Assembly (NCBI GenBank): GCA_043825985.1 | Contig: JBDRRB010000018.1 | Coordinates: 16,934 to 80,933 of the forward strand | Source of the DNA: a bacterium | Lineage (GTDB): Bacteria; Patescibacteriota; Patescibacteriia; SG8-24 | Direction: 5' to 3' | DNA: 64,000 nt | Shown here: piece by piece, positions 48,041 to 60,073 of the stretch | Position numbering within the stretch: the stretch's first letter is position 1 | Layout of the letters: every line of letters starts with the position of its first letter | Program-made: the position numbers and the translations under genes | The notes under the pieces: model-generated | What the model saw: only the letters and a program-made list of their open reading frames with translations | Told to the model about the DNA's origin: nothing | The model's database searches: none

Positions 48041-48796
48041 ATGACTTCCGCAATCACGAAAACGAAGCGGTTTCCGACGCCGAGGCAGGCGCTGCTCATG
48101 GCCGCCGGCCGGGGCAAGCGCCTCCGTCCGCTTACGGACACGGTTCCGAAGCCGATGATCGAGGTGGCCGGACACCCGATACTCGAGTGGTCCATCGCCG
48201 CCCTGCCCGCCGGAATCGAGGAGGTGGTGATCGTCGTCGGCTACCTGAAGGAGGCGATCACCGACCATTTCGGACAGGAGTGGAACGGCCGCTCGGTCCG
48301 CTACGTCGAGCAGTCCGAACTGAAGGGCACCGGCCATGTCGTCCATGTCGCCCGACCGCTGCTCGACAGCCGCTTCATGGTGCTGAACGGCGACGACCTG
48401 TATCTGCCGTCGGACCTGGAACGGCTGGCCGGATACGAGCTATCCGCGCTCGGGCTGCGGCTCGACGACAACGGAAGGTTCGGCCTACTATCGGTCGACC
48501 GGGACGGCTGGCTGACCGGCATCACCCGGGACGAGCCGCAGGGCTCGGGAGGGCTAGTCAACATCGGCGCCTACGTCATCGACCAGCGCTACTTCGACTA
48601 CGACCTGGTCCCGGTCGGCGACGGCTCGGAGTTCGGCCTGCCCCACACCATCGCCTCCATGTCGCCGGACCACAGGATCAAGGTCGTCGAGGCCGAAAGC
48701 TGGTTCCCGATCGGTTTCCCCCAGGACATCGGCCCAGCCGAGGAATGGATCAGAAAGCACCGAACTGAACCTCCGGATAAAATCAGACGAACATGA
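48041..48796 (+). CDS. Sugar-phosphate nucleotidyltransferase (NTP_transferase fold)
   Basis: ALLMAAGRGKRLRPLT G-x-G-x-R-L motif and ...VLNGDDLY... pattern. Stop overlaps the prmC start (ATGA). Confidence 0.7.
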   Translation: MTSAITKTKRFPTPRQALLMAAGRGKRLRPLTDTVPKPMIEVAGHPILEWSIAALPAGIEEVVIVVGYLKEAITDHFGQEWNGRSVRYVEQSELKGTGHVVHVARPLLDSRFMVLNGDDLYLPSDLERLAGYELSALGLRLDDNGRFGLLSVDRDGWLTGITRDEPQGSGGLVNIGAYVIDQRYFDYDLVPVGDGSEFGLPHTIASMSPDHRIKVVEAESWFPIGFPQDIGPAEEWIRKHRTEPPDKIRRT

Positions 48797-49680
48797 ACCT
48801 AAAAGAAGCCTACGCCCTTGCCATAGCCCAGCTCCGCGAACATCGCTGCCCGGAATCGGATCCGGAACGCGAGGCCGCGGAGCTTTTGTCCGTCGCCGCC
48901 GAATGTCCGCCCGAACGGCTGCTGGCCCATTCCGAGGACACGCTGACCTCGGACCAGGAAGACGCCCTGCATGACCTGATCGGCCGGCGAATCCGGCACG
49001 AGCCGATCGAGCGGTTGCGTGGACAAGCTACGTTTCTGGGACGCCCGTTCACGGTCTCGCCGTCGACGCTGATTCCGCGACCGGCGACGGAGATCCTGGT
49101 CGAGGCGGCGCTCCGACGGTCGGACGGCTGGCAGGCAGGATATGCGCTGGACGTCGGGACCGGCAGCGGCTGCATTGCGGTGACCCTGGCCGGATCGCTG
49201 CCGGAACTGCGGCTGATCGCCACGGACACGTCGGCCGAGGCCCTGCGGACGGCACAGCTAAATGCCGAGGCCCACCTGGTCGCCGACCGGATCACCTTCC
49301 TGCTGGGAGACCTGATCGCACCGACCGGACGGCACCTGCCGGACCGGACCGATCTGGCCGTATTCGCCAACCTGCCGTACGTGCCGGCCGACCACCTAGT
49401 TAGCCTGAGTCCCGAGGTCAGGGACTTCGAGCCGCCGACCGCGCTCTACGGCGGGCCGGACGGGCTCGACCTGTACCGGCGACTGCTGGACCAGATCTCC
49501 GTCCTGGGCCGGGAGCTTCAGCCGACGTCCGTCTGGCTGTTCGCCGAACACCTGCCGGGACAGCGAATGCCGCTGGACGAGGAGATCAAGCGGCGTTTTG
49601 GGCACTCGACCACGGAAACCATCGAGACCGAAAGCACCGACGGACCGACCGTCATCGGAACAGTGGCCAGGCTGATCTAG
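48793..49680 (+). CDS. prmC: Release-factor glutamine N5-methyltransferase
   Basis: HemK N-terminal domain, SAM-binding DVGTGSGCIAV, substrate motif NLPY (FANLPYVP). Confidence 0.85.
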   Translation: MNLKEAYALAIAQLREHRCPESDPEREAAELLSVAAECPPERLLAHSEDTLTSDQEDALHDLIGRRIRHEPIERLRGQATFLGRPFTVSPSTLIPRPATEILVEAALRRSDGWQAGYALDVGTGSGCIAVTLAGSLPELRLIATDTSAEALRTAQLNAEAHLVADRITFLLGDLIAPTGRHLPDRTDLAVFANLPYVPADHLVSLSPEVRDFEPPTALYGGPDGLDLYRRLLDQISVLGRELQPTSVWLFAEHLPGQRMPLDEEIKRRFGHSTTETIETESTDGPTVIGTVARLI

Positions 49681-49778
49681 TCCGAAAAAATCATACCGAC
49701 CAACCAAAATTCCGGGCCACAACAGCCCGGAATTTATGTTGTCGTGAAACCGCTCTGCCTAAGACTGAACGGCAGCAG

Positions 49779-50945
49779 TCAATAGGACACCGAATCGACG
49801 CCGTCGACCACCTCGATCCAGGTCGTGCCGACGTTCAGCGCAATCTCGTCGCCGGTCTTCGGATCGACGAACCTGGTCCGTCCGCCGTCTTGCTTGGACC
49901 AACGGGCATCCAGGACCAGCCCGTCGCGTATCACCAGGGCCGCACCGGTGCCGGAAGTCCTGATGCTGCGCCGCCCGACCGAGTCGATGACGCTGATGTC
50001 GGTGAACTGCACAACTATATTGTTCGCCATGACTGCGGTGCCGTTCTCGTCCTTGAACTTGCCACTGCCCTGATGCCGAAGGTAGGTTCCGGTGTCGCGA
50101 TCGAAGGTCCAGGTGACCGTCGCCTCGGCTGCCCCGAACGTGATCTCGATCTCGTCCGTGTCGCCGTATTCTGCGCCGGCGACCCTGAACGGCCGATCAG
50201 TGTCGAGTTTGACCTCATGGCCGTCAAAGTCGAAGTCATCGAGCGACTCATGCAGCAGGTCTGAAGACGTGTAGGCGTTGTGCGGCGCGGAACGGGAACG
50301 ATCACGCCAGAAGTAGCCGCCGTTCCTCATCTCGTCCAGTTCCGGCCAGCCGGAATCGTGCAGCTCCTGCAGGGCCTGAGGACTGCCGCCGACATGAGTC
50401 ATGACGGCACCGTACTCCTCGGCCCAATCGATGAAGTAGGGACGAACCGAACGGACCGGACCGATCCGACGCAGGCCGGCACCGTCGCGGACCAGGATCA
50501 GCAGGCGCGTTATGCCGCCCTCGACCGGTGCTTCCCAGACTAGGCTGGCCGCGGCGACCGAGGCCGAAGGGCGGGCCACGGCGATGTTGTCGATGGTCAC
50601 GGCGAACAGGCGTCCGTCTTCCTGCTCGGCCAGCGACCGTCCGTCGATGGCGCTCCTCGGCCGGTCCGACGGCAGCAGCCCGTCCTGCTCGCTCAGGGCT
50701 CCGTCCGACGAAGACGTATCGACCGGGATCGAACCGCAGGAATCGTCGTCTGACCAGTAAGCGAAGGAAATCGCGCCGACTCCGACCATCGTCATCAGGA
50801 CCACCAGCACCCAACCGGCCGGCCCGCGCCAGAAATCGGCGTCGACAGCAAAAACCGTCCGACGGGCATCGGATTGCCTACGGACGGTTTTGTCCCCCAG
50901 ACCTATCATCTGCAGCGACACCGGTCGGCGCAGCGCCGACCGCAT
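49779..50945 (-). CDS. DUF3048-family secreted/membrane-anchored protein
   Basis: N-terminal TM, then a conserved architecture (...IDNIAVARP..., ...LILVRDG...) typical of DUF3048. Confidence 0.5.
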   Translation of the reverse strand: MRSALRRPVSLQMIGLGDKTVRRQSDARRTVFAVDADFWRGPAGWVLVVLMTMVGVGAISFAYWSDDDSCGSIPVDTSSSDGALSEQDGLLPSDRPRSAIDGRSLAEQEDGRLFAVTIDNIAVARPSASVAAASLVWEAPVEGGITRLLILVRDGAGLRRIGPVRSVRPYFIDWAEEYGAVMTHVGGSPQALQELHDSGWPELDEMRNGGYFWRDRSRSAPHNAYTSSDLLHESLDDFDFDGHEVKLDTDRPFRVAGAEYGDTDEIEITFGAAEATVTWTFDRDTGTYLRHQGSGKFKDENGTAVMANNIVVQFTDISVIDSVGRRSIRTSGTGAALVIRDGLVLDARWSKQDGGRTRFVDPKTGDEIALNVGTTWIEVVDGVDSVSY

Positions 50946-50956
50946 TACTGAAAGCG

Positions 50957-51610
50957 TTAGCTCTTCGGTTCTTCCTTCTTGTCTTCCTTGCCCTTGCTGG
51001 CGACCTGAACGGATTCGACGTCGCCGGCCGTCGGAGCGGCCTCTTCCTCGACCTCCTCGACCGCGCTGGCCATGGCGATCAGGTCTTCCGGCTCAGCCAG
51101 GATCTCCAGCCCGGACGGAACCACCAGGTCACGGACGTGAATGGCATCGCCGATCTCCTTCAGCTGACCGAGATCGACATCGATGCCGTGAACCAGGTCG
51201 TTCGGCAGGCAGCGAACGTTGACGCCGTCCATGCCCTTGACCAGCATTCCGCCGGACACCTTGACCGCCGGCGCCTCACCGACAAAGGCGAACTCGACGA
51301 AGATCTCCATCTTCTCGGTCATGCTGACCTCATGCAGGTCGACATGGGTGACGTGGCACTTGAGCGGATCCTTCTGGACCGCCCGAATGACCACCATCCT
51401 CGGCTTCTGGCCGTCGATCGACAGCTCCACCAGGGACGAGTCGCCGGCCTCGGCATAGAACTTGCTGAACTCCCGCCCGTCCAGGGACAGGTTCATGCTC
51501 TCGATGCCGTGACCGTAGACCACCGCCGGAATCTTGCCTTCACGCCGCAGCGCACCGACCTGGTTGCCGGTCATCTCCCGAACCCAGGCACTCAACTTGA
51601 ACGTCGCCAT
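50957..51610 (-). CDS. rplY: 50S ribosomal protein L25/general stress protein Ctc
   Basis: N-terminal ...REGKIPAVVYG... and a C-terminal acidic/Lys-rich tail. 217 aa. Confidence 0.85.
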   Translation of the reverse strand: MATFKLSAWVREMTGNQVGALRREGKIPAVVYGHGIESMNLSLDGREFSKFYAEAGDSSLVELSIDGQKPRMVVIRAVQKDPLKCHVTHVDLHEVSMTEKMEIFVEFAFVGEAPAVKVSGGMLVKGMDGVNVRCLPNDLVHGIDVDLGQLKEIGDAIHVRDLVVPSGLEILAEPEDLIAMASAVEEVEEEAAPTAGDVESVQVASKGKEDKKEEPKS

Positions 51611-51969
51611 AGAAATTCTACTAAAAAGCCGTGTCTTAGTCGAAATCGTTTTCGGCAGCCGATCGACAGCCTGCCGGACGGACCGGCTACCGATACCGTC
51701 AGTCCAATTTCACGCGTGCATTTATACCCCGCCGCCCTTTTTTTGGCAAGACCAAGGGCCAGCCAAAAGAAAAAGCCCTCGGTTCGAGCCGGCCCAGTGC
51801 CGTCGATCCCGAAGACCCTACCCTGTCGCCGGCCGGACCGACGGGCCGGACATGCGTCCGTACCCGCACCCCATGGCGGACGAAAGGCCGATCGCCCCTT
51901 CCGAAACGGAAGCCGTGGCGAACGGCCGGTGTTCAATCCGATTGTACGGTCAGTGCGGCCGCCCGACCG

Positions 51970-52332
51970 CTAGCACCCCAGCTGGGCGAAGAGCTGGTCG
52001 TCGTTCTGCAGCAGGTGATGCATGTCGATCACGTCGTTGGTGCTGACCACCGGAGAATTCTTGAAACGATCCACCTCGTCGCAGGCCAGGTCAGTCGACA
52101 GTCCGACTGAGCTGACACCGGCCGAAGAAATAATAACCAACGCCAGAATTGCGTTGGAACATTTTCCGCACGTCATGTGCAGCAGATGACTGCCCTCCTT
52201 CTCGCCCAGGACGCGCGTCTGTGACGGCGTGTAGCTGGACTCGCACAACGGGCAATAAGAGATAAGCTTGACGTCCTCTCCGCAGAAAGAAGTCTCGGCC
52301 CGCTTAGGTACGCTATTAGAAGATAAGGACAT
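51970..52332 (-). CDS. Small zinc-ribbon protein (hypothetical)
   Basis: CPLC...x27...CGKC four-cysteine arrangement. No other recognisable domain. Confidence 0.4.
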   Translation of the reverse strand: MSLSSNSVPKRAETSFCGEDVKLISYCPLCESSYTPSQTRVLGEKEGSHLLHMTCGKCSNAILALVIISSAGVSSVGLSTDLACDEVDRFKNSPVVSTNDVIDMHHLLQNDDQLFAQLGC

Positions 52333-52443
52333 ACTTTTTTATTTTTTCGGCGGCGGATTTTTTGTTTTTTGTTCCGCAGCTCTGTGAATATCTTACCATT
52401 TTTTGACCCTTCGGTCAACGGAAAAATCCACAGGCCGAGACGA

Positions 52444-53580
52444 CTACGCACGCACGCCCTTCATGGACATCGACTCCAGAAGACCGATCATCGCGAACTT
52501 CACGAGCAGCGAACTGCCGCCGTAGCTGACGAACGGCAGGGTCACTCCGGTCACCGGCATCAGCCTCAGGTTCCCTCCCAGATTGACGAACACCTCAAGG
52601 GCGATGGAGACCGTGATGCCCGTCGCCAGGTACACCGAAAAGTCGTCGCTCGACCGAACCGCCAGCCGATACCCGCGCCAGAACACCACGCCGAACATCA
52701 GGCACAGGACGAACACTCCGACGTAGCCCAGCTCCTCGGCGATGACCGCGAAGATGAAGTCGGTCTGTCGTTCCGGCAGGAAGCGCAGCTGACTCTGCGA
52801 CCCGTAGCCCATGCCCTTGCCGGTCAGCCCGCCGGATCCGATGGCGATTATCGACTGGGTGACGTTGTAGCCGCGCCCGAGCGGATCGCTTTCCGGATCA
52901 AGAAACGACAGGATGCGGTCCTTCTGGTACGGCTTGAGCAGCAGGGTCCAGGCCAGCAGCGCCACCGCCCCGACGCCCACTGCCAACAGCAGCAGGTGCG
53001 AACGCCTGATGCCGGACAGCAGGACCAGCACTCCCCAGACGCCCATTATAAGGAATGCGGAACCGAAGTCCGGCTGCAGCAGCACCAGGCCGACGACCGG
53101 CAGGACGGCCAGGCCGGAGACGATCACGTGCCGCAGTCCCCTCTCCTTTCCGGCGAAGTCGCTCAGGTATTTCGCCAAAAAGATGATGACCAGCAGCTTG
53201 ACCAGCTCGACCGGCTGCACGCCGAATCCGGCGATGCCGAACCAGCCGGTCGTGCCGCGAATCCGCGTGCCGAAGACCAGGACCAGCAGCAGCAGGACAA
53301 CCGAAATCGACAGAACCTGACGCGACATTCGCGACAGCGAACGGTAGTCGAAGGCCGGCAGGGCGAAGGCCAGGACCAGGCCGAGACCGACGAACCAGAG
53401 CTGCTTCCAGAAGTTTCCCAGGTCCGGACCGGCGGAAGACGAACCGGAAACCAACGCACTGCCGGCACCGGCCAACGAGGTGCTGTAGAGCGCCGACAGG
53501 CCGAACACGGCCAGCAGAACGCAGGCCCCCAAAAGGAGCCAGTCGAACTTGAGGACGTCGTAAGTTGATGTTCTGGACAT
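52444..53580 (-). CDS. ftsW: SEDS-family peptidoglycan glycosyltransferase (FtsW/RodA)
   Basis: About 10-TM topology with the conserved ...GLTGKGMGYGSQ... and C-terminal ...LPFVSYGGSS... SEDS motifs. Confidence 0.85.
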   Translation of the reverse strand: MSRTSTYDVLKFDWLLLGACVLLAVFGLSALYSTSLAGAGSALVSGSSSAGPDLGNFWKQLWFVGLGLVLAFALPAFDYRSLSRMSRQVLSISVVLLLLVLVFGTRIRGTTGWFGIAGFGVQPVELVKLLVIIFLAKYLSDFAGKERGLRHVIVSGLAVLPVVGLVLLQPDFGSAFLIMGVWGVLVLLSGIRRSHLLLLAVGVGAVALLAWTLLLKPYQKDRILSFLDPESDPLGRGYNVTQSIIAIGSGGLTGKGMGYGSQSQLRFLPERQTDFIFAVIAEELGYVGVFVLCLMFGVVFWRGYRLAVRSSDDFSVYLATGITVSIALEVFVNLGGNLRLMPVTGVTLPFVSYGGSSLLVKFAMIGLLESMSMKGVRA

Positions 53581-53762
53581 GGCCGAAAGATTATCGCGGA
53601 CTAAGTCTATGCGCGCCGGCCAGACGAGTCAAAACAGGACCGAACAATAAAGCTGTACCCATTTCCCGACGACGAATGACGAGCCGAGACGAAGAACAAT
53701 CGCGTCCGTTCGATGCCGAATCGGACCGAGAAAAAACAAAAACCGTCGACAATGGCAGTGAA

Positions 53763-53792
53763 CAAAAAAACCGCTCACTGCTAGTGAGCGGC
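53763..53792 (-). terminator. Minus-strand intrinsic terminator ~450 nt downstream of the nearest minus-strand gene
   Basis: On minus: ccgctcactagcagtgagcgg hairpin followed by TTTTTTTG. Confidence 0.5.
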
Positions 53793-54109
53793 AATCATGT
53801 CATTGCGAGCGAGTGCGGCGAGCGTGGAAATCCCGACCGAAGCACAGACCCCGACGGGATCATCACGTTACGTCGATTCCTGCCTGCCCCGCCTGCCGGC
53901 GTGCAGGAACAGGCAGGCGCTCCTCCATTCGTGACGAGAACATCCCCGTGGATTCCCGATACGTCGTTCGCGAACGACGTATCCCGCCGGAGCCTGCCCT
54001 CGCGAAGGCGGGGGGCGGTAATGACATGCGGTTAGATGAAAAACAAACCGACCAGGACTCTCTGGTCGGACGTAACTACTATGGCAAGCAGGTTCTGGAT
54101 GGAATTCAT

Positions 54110-54250
54110 CTTAAAACAAAGCGGACTTCAGGTTGGATGAAGTGTGCTTGGCTGGAGCGATCCGTGCAGCGAAACGTACTAAGAACGTACGTTGAGCAAA
54201 CGGATCGCGAAGCCAAGTGCAATTCGCCAAGCTGGAGTCCGCCCAATCTA
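54110..54250. repeat. Structured repeat element, copy B (diverged)
   Basis: gcggact...agtccgc 7-bp closing helix, atgaagtgtgc core, gcgaaacgtac-taagaa-cgtacgttgagc hairpin, gtgcaattcgcc 3' core. Overlaps the stop codon of 54248..55249. Confidence 0.6.
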
Positions 54251-55249
54251 ATCCTCCGGCGCAAGGTAGATGGCCGGATCGAACAGGTTCAACTCCGGCC
54301 TAACTTCGACTCGGGTCACGCTCGGCAGGTCATTGAACCAGCTGGCCTCGACAGTCCTGGTCTCGCCGGCCTTCAGCCCGCTCGCCACGACCCGGTTGGC
54401 CGCCACTACCCGTTCGCCGCTCAGCAGGGCCACCATGAACGGCACCGAAACGTAGCCGTAGGCGGTGTTGTTGGTGACGCTGAAACGGGCCCGGCTGACC
54501 GGCAGCGACGACTTCGGGTCCGGCGGCATGAACTCCGGATCGGCGATGACGAAATCCAGCCGGCTGGTCGCCCAAGTCTGGTAGTCGGGACGGACGACAT
54601 GCCCGTCAACCCGATGCCAGGACAGGTCGACTATCTCGAAGCTGGGGCTCGGCCGTCGGTCGGCGTCGACCGCCAGCTGATACAGGTAGCGGGAGTCGGC
54701 CGGCAGGAGATATCCGTGCTGCACGCGGTCCGGCAGCCCGGAATCGACGAATCGGTAGTCGAACTCGACCCACCAGCGACGGTTCGGGTTGGCCACCCGG
54801 GCCAGCAGGTCGTACTTGCCCTCGCCGGACGTCAGCACGATCGGCGTCTGGACGGACAGGCGCTCCGGCATGGAGGCCTCGCGGAATCCGGCGTAGTCGG
54901 TCAGATTCTGGGTCAGGAGGGCGGTTCCGGCCCGCTCCCGCACGCCGGACCCGAAGAACCAGTCGGCGAAACCCCAGACGCCGTAGGCCAGAAGAGAAAA
55001 TCCGACCACTGCCAGCAGCACGGTCAGCCCGGTCTTGAGCTGCGCCTTGTGATGAAGCCACCACAGGCCCCACCTGAGCTGATCCTCCGAAAGACGGTCA
55101 TCGTTCTCGATTGGTGTCTCCATATAATATAGGTAGCCGGTTAACGACTCCATGATAGCAGACTCGGGCGGCCGGGCCGAGAGACTTGACCGAGACCGAC
55201 GGCTGTGTTGTACAGGCCGGCTGTGACCTCTCCTCGAGAGGCACTGCAA
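54248..55249 (-). CDS. Hypothetical membrane protein
   Basis: N-terminal TM region (GLTVLLAVVGFSLLAYGVWGF) and a ~250-aa extracytoplasmic domain. No recognisable motif. Confidence 0.5.
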   Translation of the reverse strand: MQCLSRRGHSRPVQHSRRSRSSLSARPPESAIMESLTGYLYYMETPIENDDRLSEDQLRWGLWWLHHKAQLKTGLTVLLAVVGFSLLAYGVWGFADWFFGSGVRERAGTALLTQNLTDYAGFREASMPERLSVQTPIVLTSGEGKYDLLARVANPNRRWWVEFDYRFVDSGLPDRVQHGYLLPADSRYLYQLAVDADRRPSPSFEIVDLSWHRVDGHVVRPDYQTWATSRLDFVIADPEFMPPDPKSSLPVSRARFSVTNNTAYGYVSVPFMVALLSGERVVAANRVVASGLKAGETRTVEASWFNDLPSVTRVEVRPELNLFDPAIYLAPED

Positions 55250-55255
55250 AGGAGG

Positions 55256-57947
<2,692 letters not shown>

Positions 57948-57980
57948 AACCGGTCACCCGAAAAATCACAGTCGTCAAAA

Positions 57981-58008
57981 AGATGGCCCTACCAAGGACC
58001 GTCTTTTG
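57981..58008 (+). terminator. Putative terminator after gyrB
   Basis: Imperfect hairpin agatggcc...ggaccgtct, then CTTTTG. Confidence 0.35.
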
Positions 58009-58035
58009 ATTCCATCGAGTCGGCTGCCCCTGGCC

Positions 58036-58064
58036 TTGACGACAGGCAGCACACCGGTTAATCT
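58036..58064 (+). promoter_or_regulatory. Sigma70-like promoter (TTGACG-N17-TAATCT) for small Cys-protein gene 1
   Basis: -35 at 58036-58041, -10 TAATCT at 58059-58064. AAGGAGG Shine-Dalgarno at 58108-58114. ATG at 58120. Confidence 0.45.
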
Positions 58065-58119
58065 GACCGGTCCACTCAAAACAACATCCGTTTGGATGCC
58101 GAGACACAAGGAGGACGAG

Positions 58120-58560
58120 ATGGACCATGACAAAAGGAGGACCAAACGGATCAGAAGCACTATCCTGACGGTCATTCTGACCTCGGTGCTGGTAGTCTCG
58201 ATCGTCTGCATCCACTGGCACCGCTCGACGACCGATACCTACGTCACGGAGACAGTCGAGCTGCTGGATGGCCACGTCGTCGAACTGCTGCTCGAGGACG
58301 GCTCTCACTGTGCGGCCGCTCCGCCCGACCGGCTGGTGACCAGGCTGCTGCAGAGCGGTGACAACGGACTGACGGCCATGACCGAGTACCGCCGCGACGA
58401 TCCGAACCAGAACGGCTGGGAAAGCCTGTGCCCGGACCGGCAGAGGGCAACCGTGACGTTAGACCAATGGCGACAGATCATCCGCACGGCGGGCTACCAT
58501 CGCCGTCTGGCCGAGTATCGACGAGGCCTGGACGGACGGCCGACGACGGATCAGCCGTAG
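58120..58560 (+). CDS. Small membrane-anchored two-cysteine protein, paralog 1
   Basis: TM helix (ILTVILTSVLVVSIVCI). Shared motifs with the two downstream genes: HC..PPDRLV, EY, CPD, W[QR]. Confidence 0.5.
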   Translation: MDHDKRRTKRIRSTILTVILTSVLVVSIVCIHWHRSTTDTYVTETVELLDGHVVELLLEDGSHCAAAPPDRLVTRLLQSGDNGLTAMTEYRRDDPNQNGWESLCPDRQRATVTLDQWRQIIRTAGYHRRLAEYRRGLDGRPTTDQP

Positions 58561-58667
58561 CAGCCGCCGCAGACCAACCTGCCGACCGCTGGACAGCCGT
58601 CGACAGGTTGACGAGCAGACCGAATTCCACTACCATCAACCGTCGCTCCGCCAAAACCGAACGAACT

Positions 58668-58695
58668 TCAGGCGATCCGCGGATCGCCTTTTGTT
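58668..58695 (+). terminator. Intrinsic terminator after paralog 1
   Basis: ggcgatcc-gc-ggatcgcc hairpin followed by TTTTGTTCTG. Confidence 0.6.
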
Positions 58696-58796
58696 CTGTC
58701 CGGTCGTCAGAACGCGCCCGACATGCTTGACAGCGCGGCCGAGAGGGTCAAACATACGTCCGTCGGTCGACACGACCGACGGATCCGGAGGACAAG

Positions 58797-59291
58797 ATGG
58801 ATAAGCAACAATCCGAAACCGACGAGAGACCGCGGGCAGACAAGTCGAACTTCAACCCGCACCGAACGATGCTCCTGTTTGCGACACTGCTCCTTGCCGT
58901 GGCATGTGTAGGGCTGTTCGTGCTGGCGGCGGTATTCAGCGTGTACTTAAGCTTCGACACGGAAATCCCGAACGAACACCGAGAGAACGCCCCAGCAGTC
59001 GAGCTGGTCGGCTACCACTCGCCGGTACTACCGCTCGGCCGTGACGAGCACTGCCTAACCGTACCGCCAGGCAGGTTGGTCTTCGTCGACCCGATGAACC
59101 CAGAACCGACAACGGTCGACCGTCTCATCACGGTCGAGTACCAACGGACTGAAGGGATGCCGGTCAGGCTGGGCCGAACGGTCGAGTGTCCGGCCGGCCG
59201 ATACCACATCAGGTTGAGCAAGTGGCAACGGATCGTCGCCGAAGCCCGGCTGCAGCGGGACTTGGCCGGCCGTGCCGACGAACCGAACTGA
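58797..59291 (+). CDS. Small membrane-anchored two-cysteine protein, paralog 2
   Basis: TM helix (LLFATLLLAVACVGLFVLAAVF). EHCLTVPPGRLVF, VEYQR, CPAGRY, SKWQRI motifs. Confidence 0.5.
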   Translation: MDKQQSETDERPRADKSNFNPHRTMLLFATLLLAVACVGLFVLAAVFSVYLSFDTEIPNEHRENAPAVELVGYHSPVLPLGRDEHCLTVPPGRLVFVDPMNPEPTTVDRLITVEYQRTEGMPVRLGRTVECPAGRYHIRLSKWQRIVAEARLQRDLAGRADEPN

Positions 59292-59334
59292 GCCGGTCGG
59301 CGCGTCCCCGCCAGCACACACGCGAGCGAACCTC

Positions 59335-59366
59335 AAGGCAGCCGACCTACAGGCTGTCTTTTTCTT
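59335..59366 (+). terminator. Intrinsic terminator after paralog 2
   Basis: ggcagcc-gacctaca-ggctgtc hairpin (one G-U) followed by TTTTTC. Confidence 0.55.
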
Positions 59367-59539
59367 TCTAACAGTGTCCGGACCAGGCTTGACGGACCGG
59401 TCGGGAAATGTTTCACTGCACCCTCCGCGAAATTCATGACTGGCCGGCTAGTCGCCGGACCGAACTGCGGAAGAAGGAAGGTCAGATGAACGACCAAGAC
59501 TCAGAAACCACCAACTGATCGATTATAGACGAGGCCCCT

Positions 59540-60049
59540 GTGCCCGAATGGCTCAAGAAGACGGTGAGAACGGAAACTGCCATCGCCGCAGAGGAACTGC
59601 GACAGCAGAAGAAACTCCAGTTCAGACGCAGACTGATTGCGCCAATGCTGGTCATCGTGATCATCATCCCGATCATTGGCCACGTCAGTCGGCTCATCAA
59701 CAACTACCGATACGGAAACTCCGATGGGCCGTACCCGATAGTGAACGACCTGCCTACCTCATACGTCGGCGACCTACCGACGCATGACCTGGCGAACCAG
59801 TGGGACGGCGGCACCTGCACCGCGCACGGCCGGCTGACCGTCATAAACCAGGACTCAGAACTCATACTGCTCAGGTATCAGGATGAACGTGACAGCCTGA
59901 CCGTCAGGTCGGACAATGACTGCCCGGACGGATATCTGACGGTACTGCCGCTCGAGGTCTGGAACCTGGCCTGTCAGACCTGGCAGGCTCGAACGGTGCA
60001 AGAGCTGAGCATTGAGCCGGAGCGCGTCACCGGACTGTTCGCCAGGTAA
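59540..60049 (+). CDS. Small membrane-anchored two-cysteine protein, paralog 3
   Basis: TM helix (LIAPMLVIVIIIPIIG). GGTCTAHGRLTV, RYQDE, CPDGYL, EVWNLACQTWQAR motifs. Confidence 0.5.
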   Translation: MPEWLKKTVRTETAIAAEELRQQKKLQFRRRLIAPMLVIVIIIPIIGHVSRLINNYRYGNSDGPYPIVNDLPTSYVGDLPTHDLANQWDGGTCTAHGRLTVINQDSELILLRYQDERDSLTVRSDNDCPDGYLTVLPLEVWNLACQTWQARTVQELSIEPERVTGLFAR

Positions 60050-60073
60050 CAGACGAAGCCGAAGCCGAATTTA

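Noticed and set aside
51611-51969. tRNA or tmRNA in the 360-bp spacer (GGTTCGAGCC T-loop-like string at ~51781, ggtgttcaatccg at ~51927).
   Set aside because: The flanking sequence cannot form a T-stem or acceptor stem, and no anticodon arm is evident. No tRNA could be supported anywhere in the window by eye. A tRNAscan or ARAGORN run is still advisable.
53792-54247. RNase P RNA or tmRNA in the structured 670-bp region.
   Set aside because: The near-matches to GGAAAGUCCGG and ACAGAACCCGGC are adjacent rather than ~300 nt apart, and each has substitutions at invariant positions. The UUCUGGAU match to the tmRNA 5' end is isolated.
53813-55132. 439-aa plus-strand ORF, plus the 53565-54035 ORF.
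   Set aside because: They span a non-coding structured region and the antisense of the 54248-55249 membrane-protein gene. They have no start signals and low-complexity composition.
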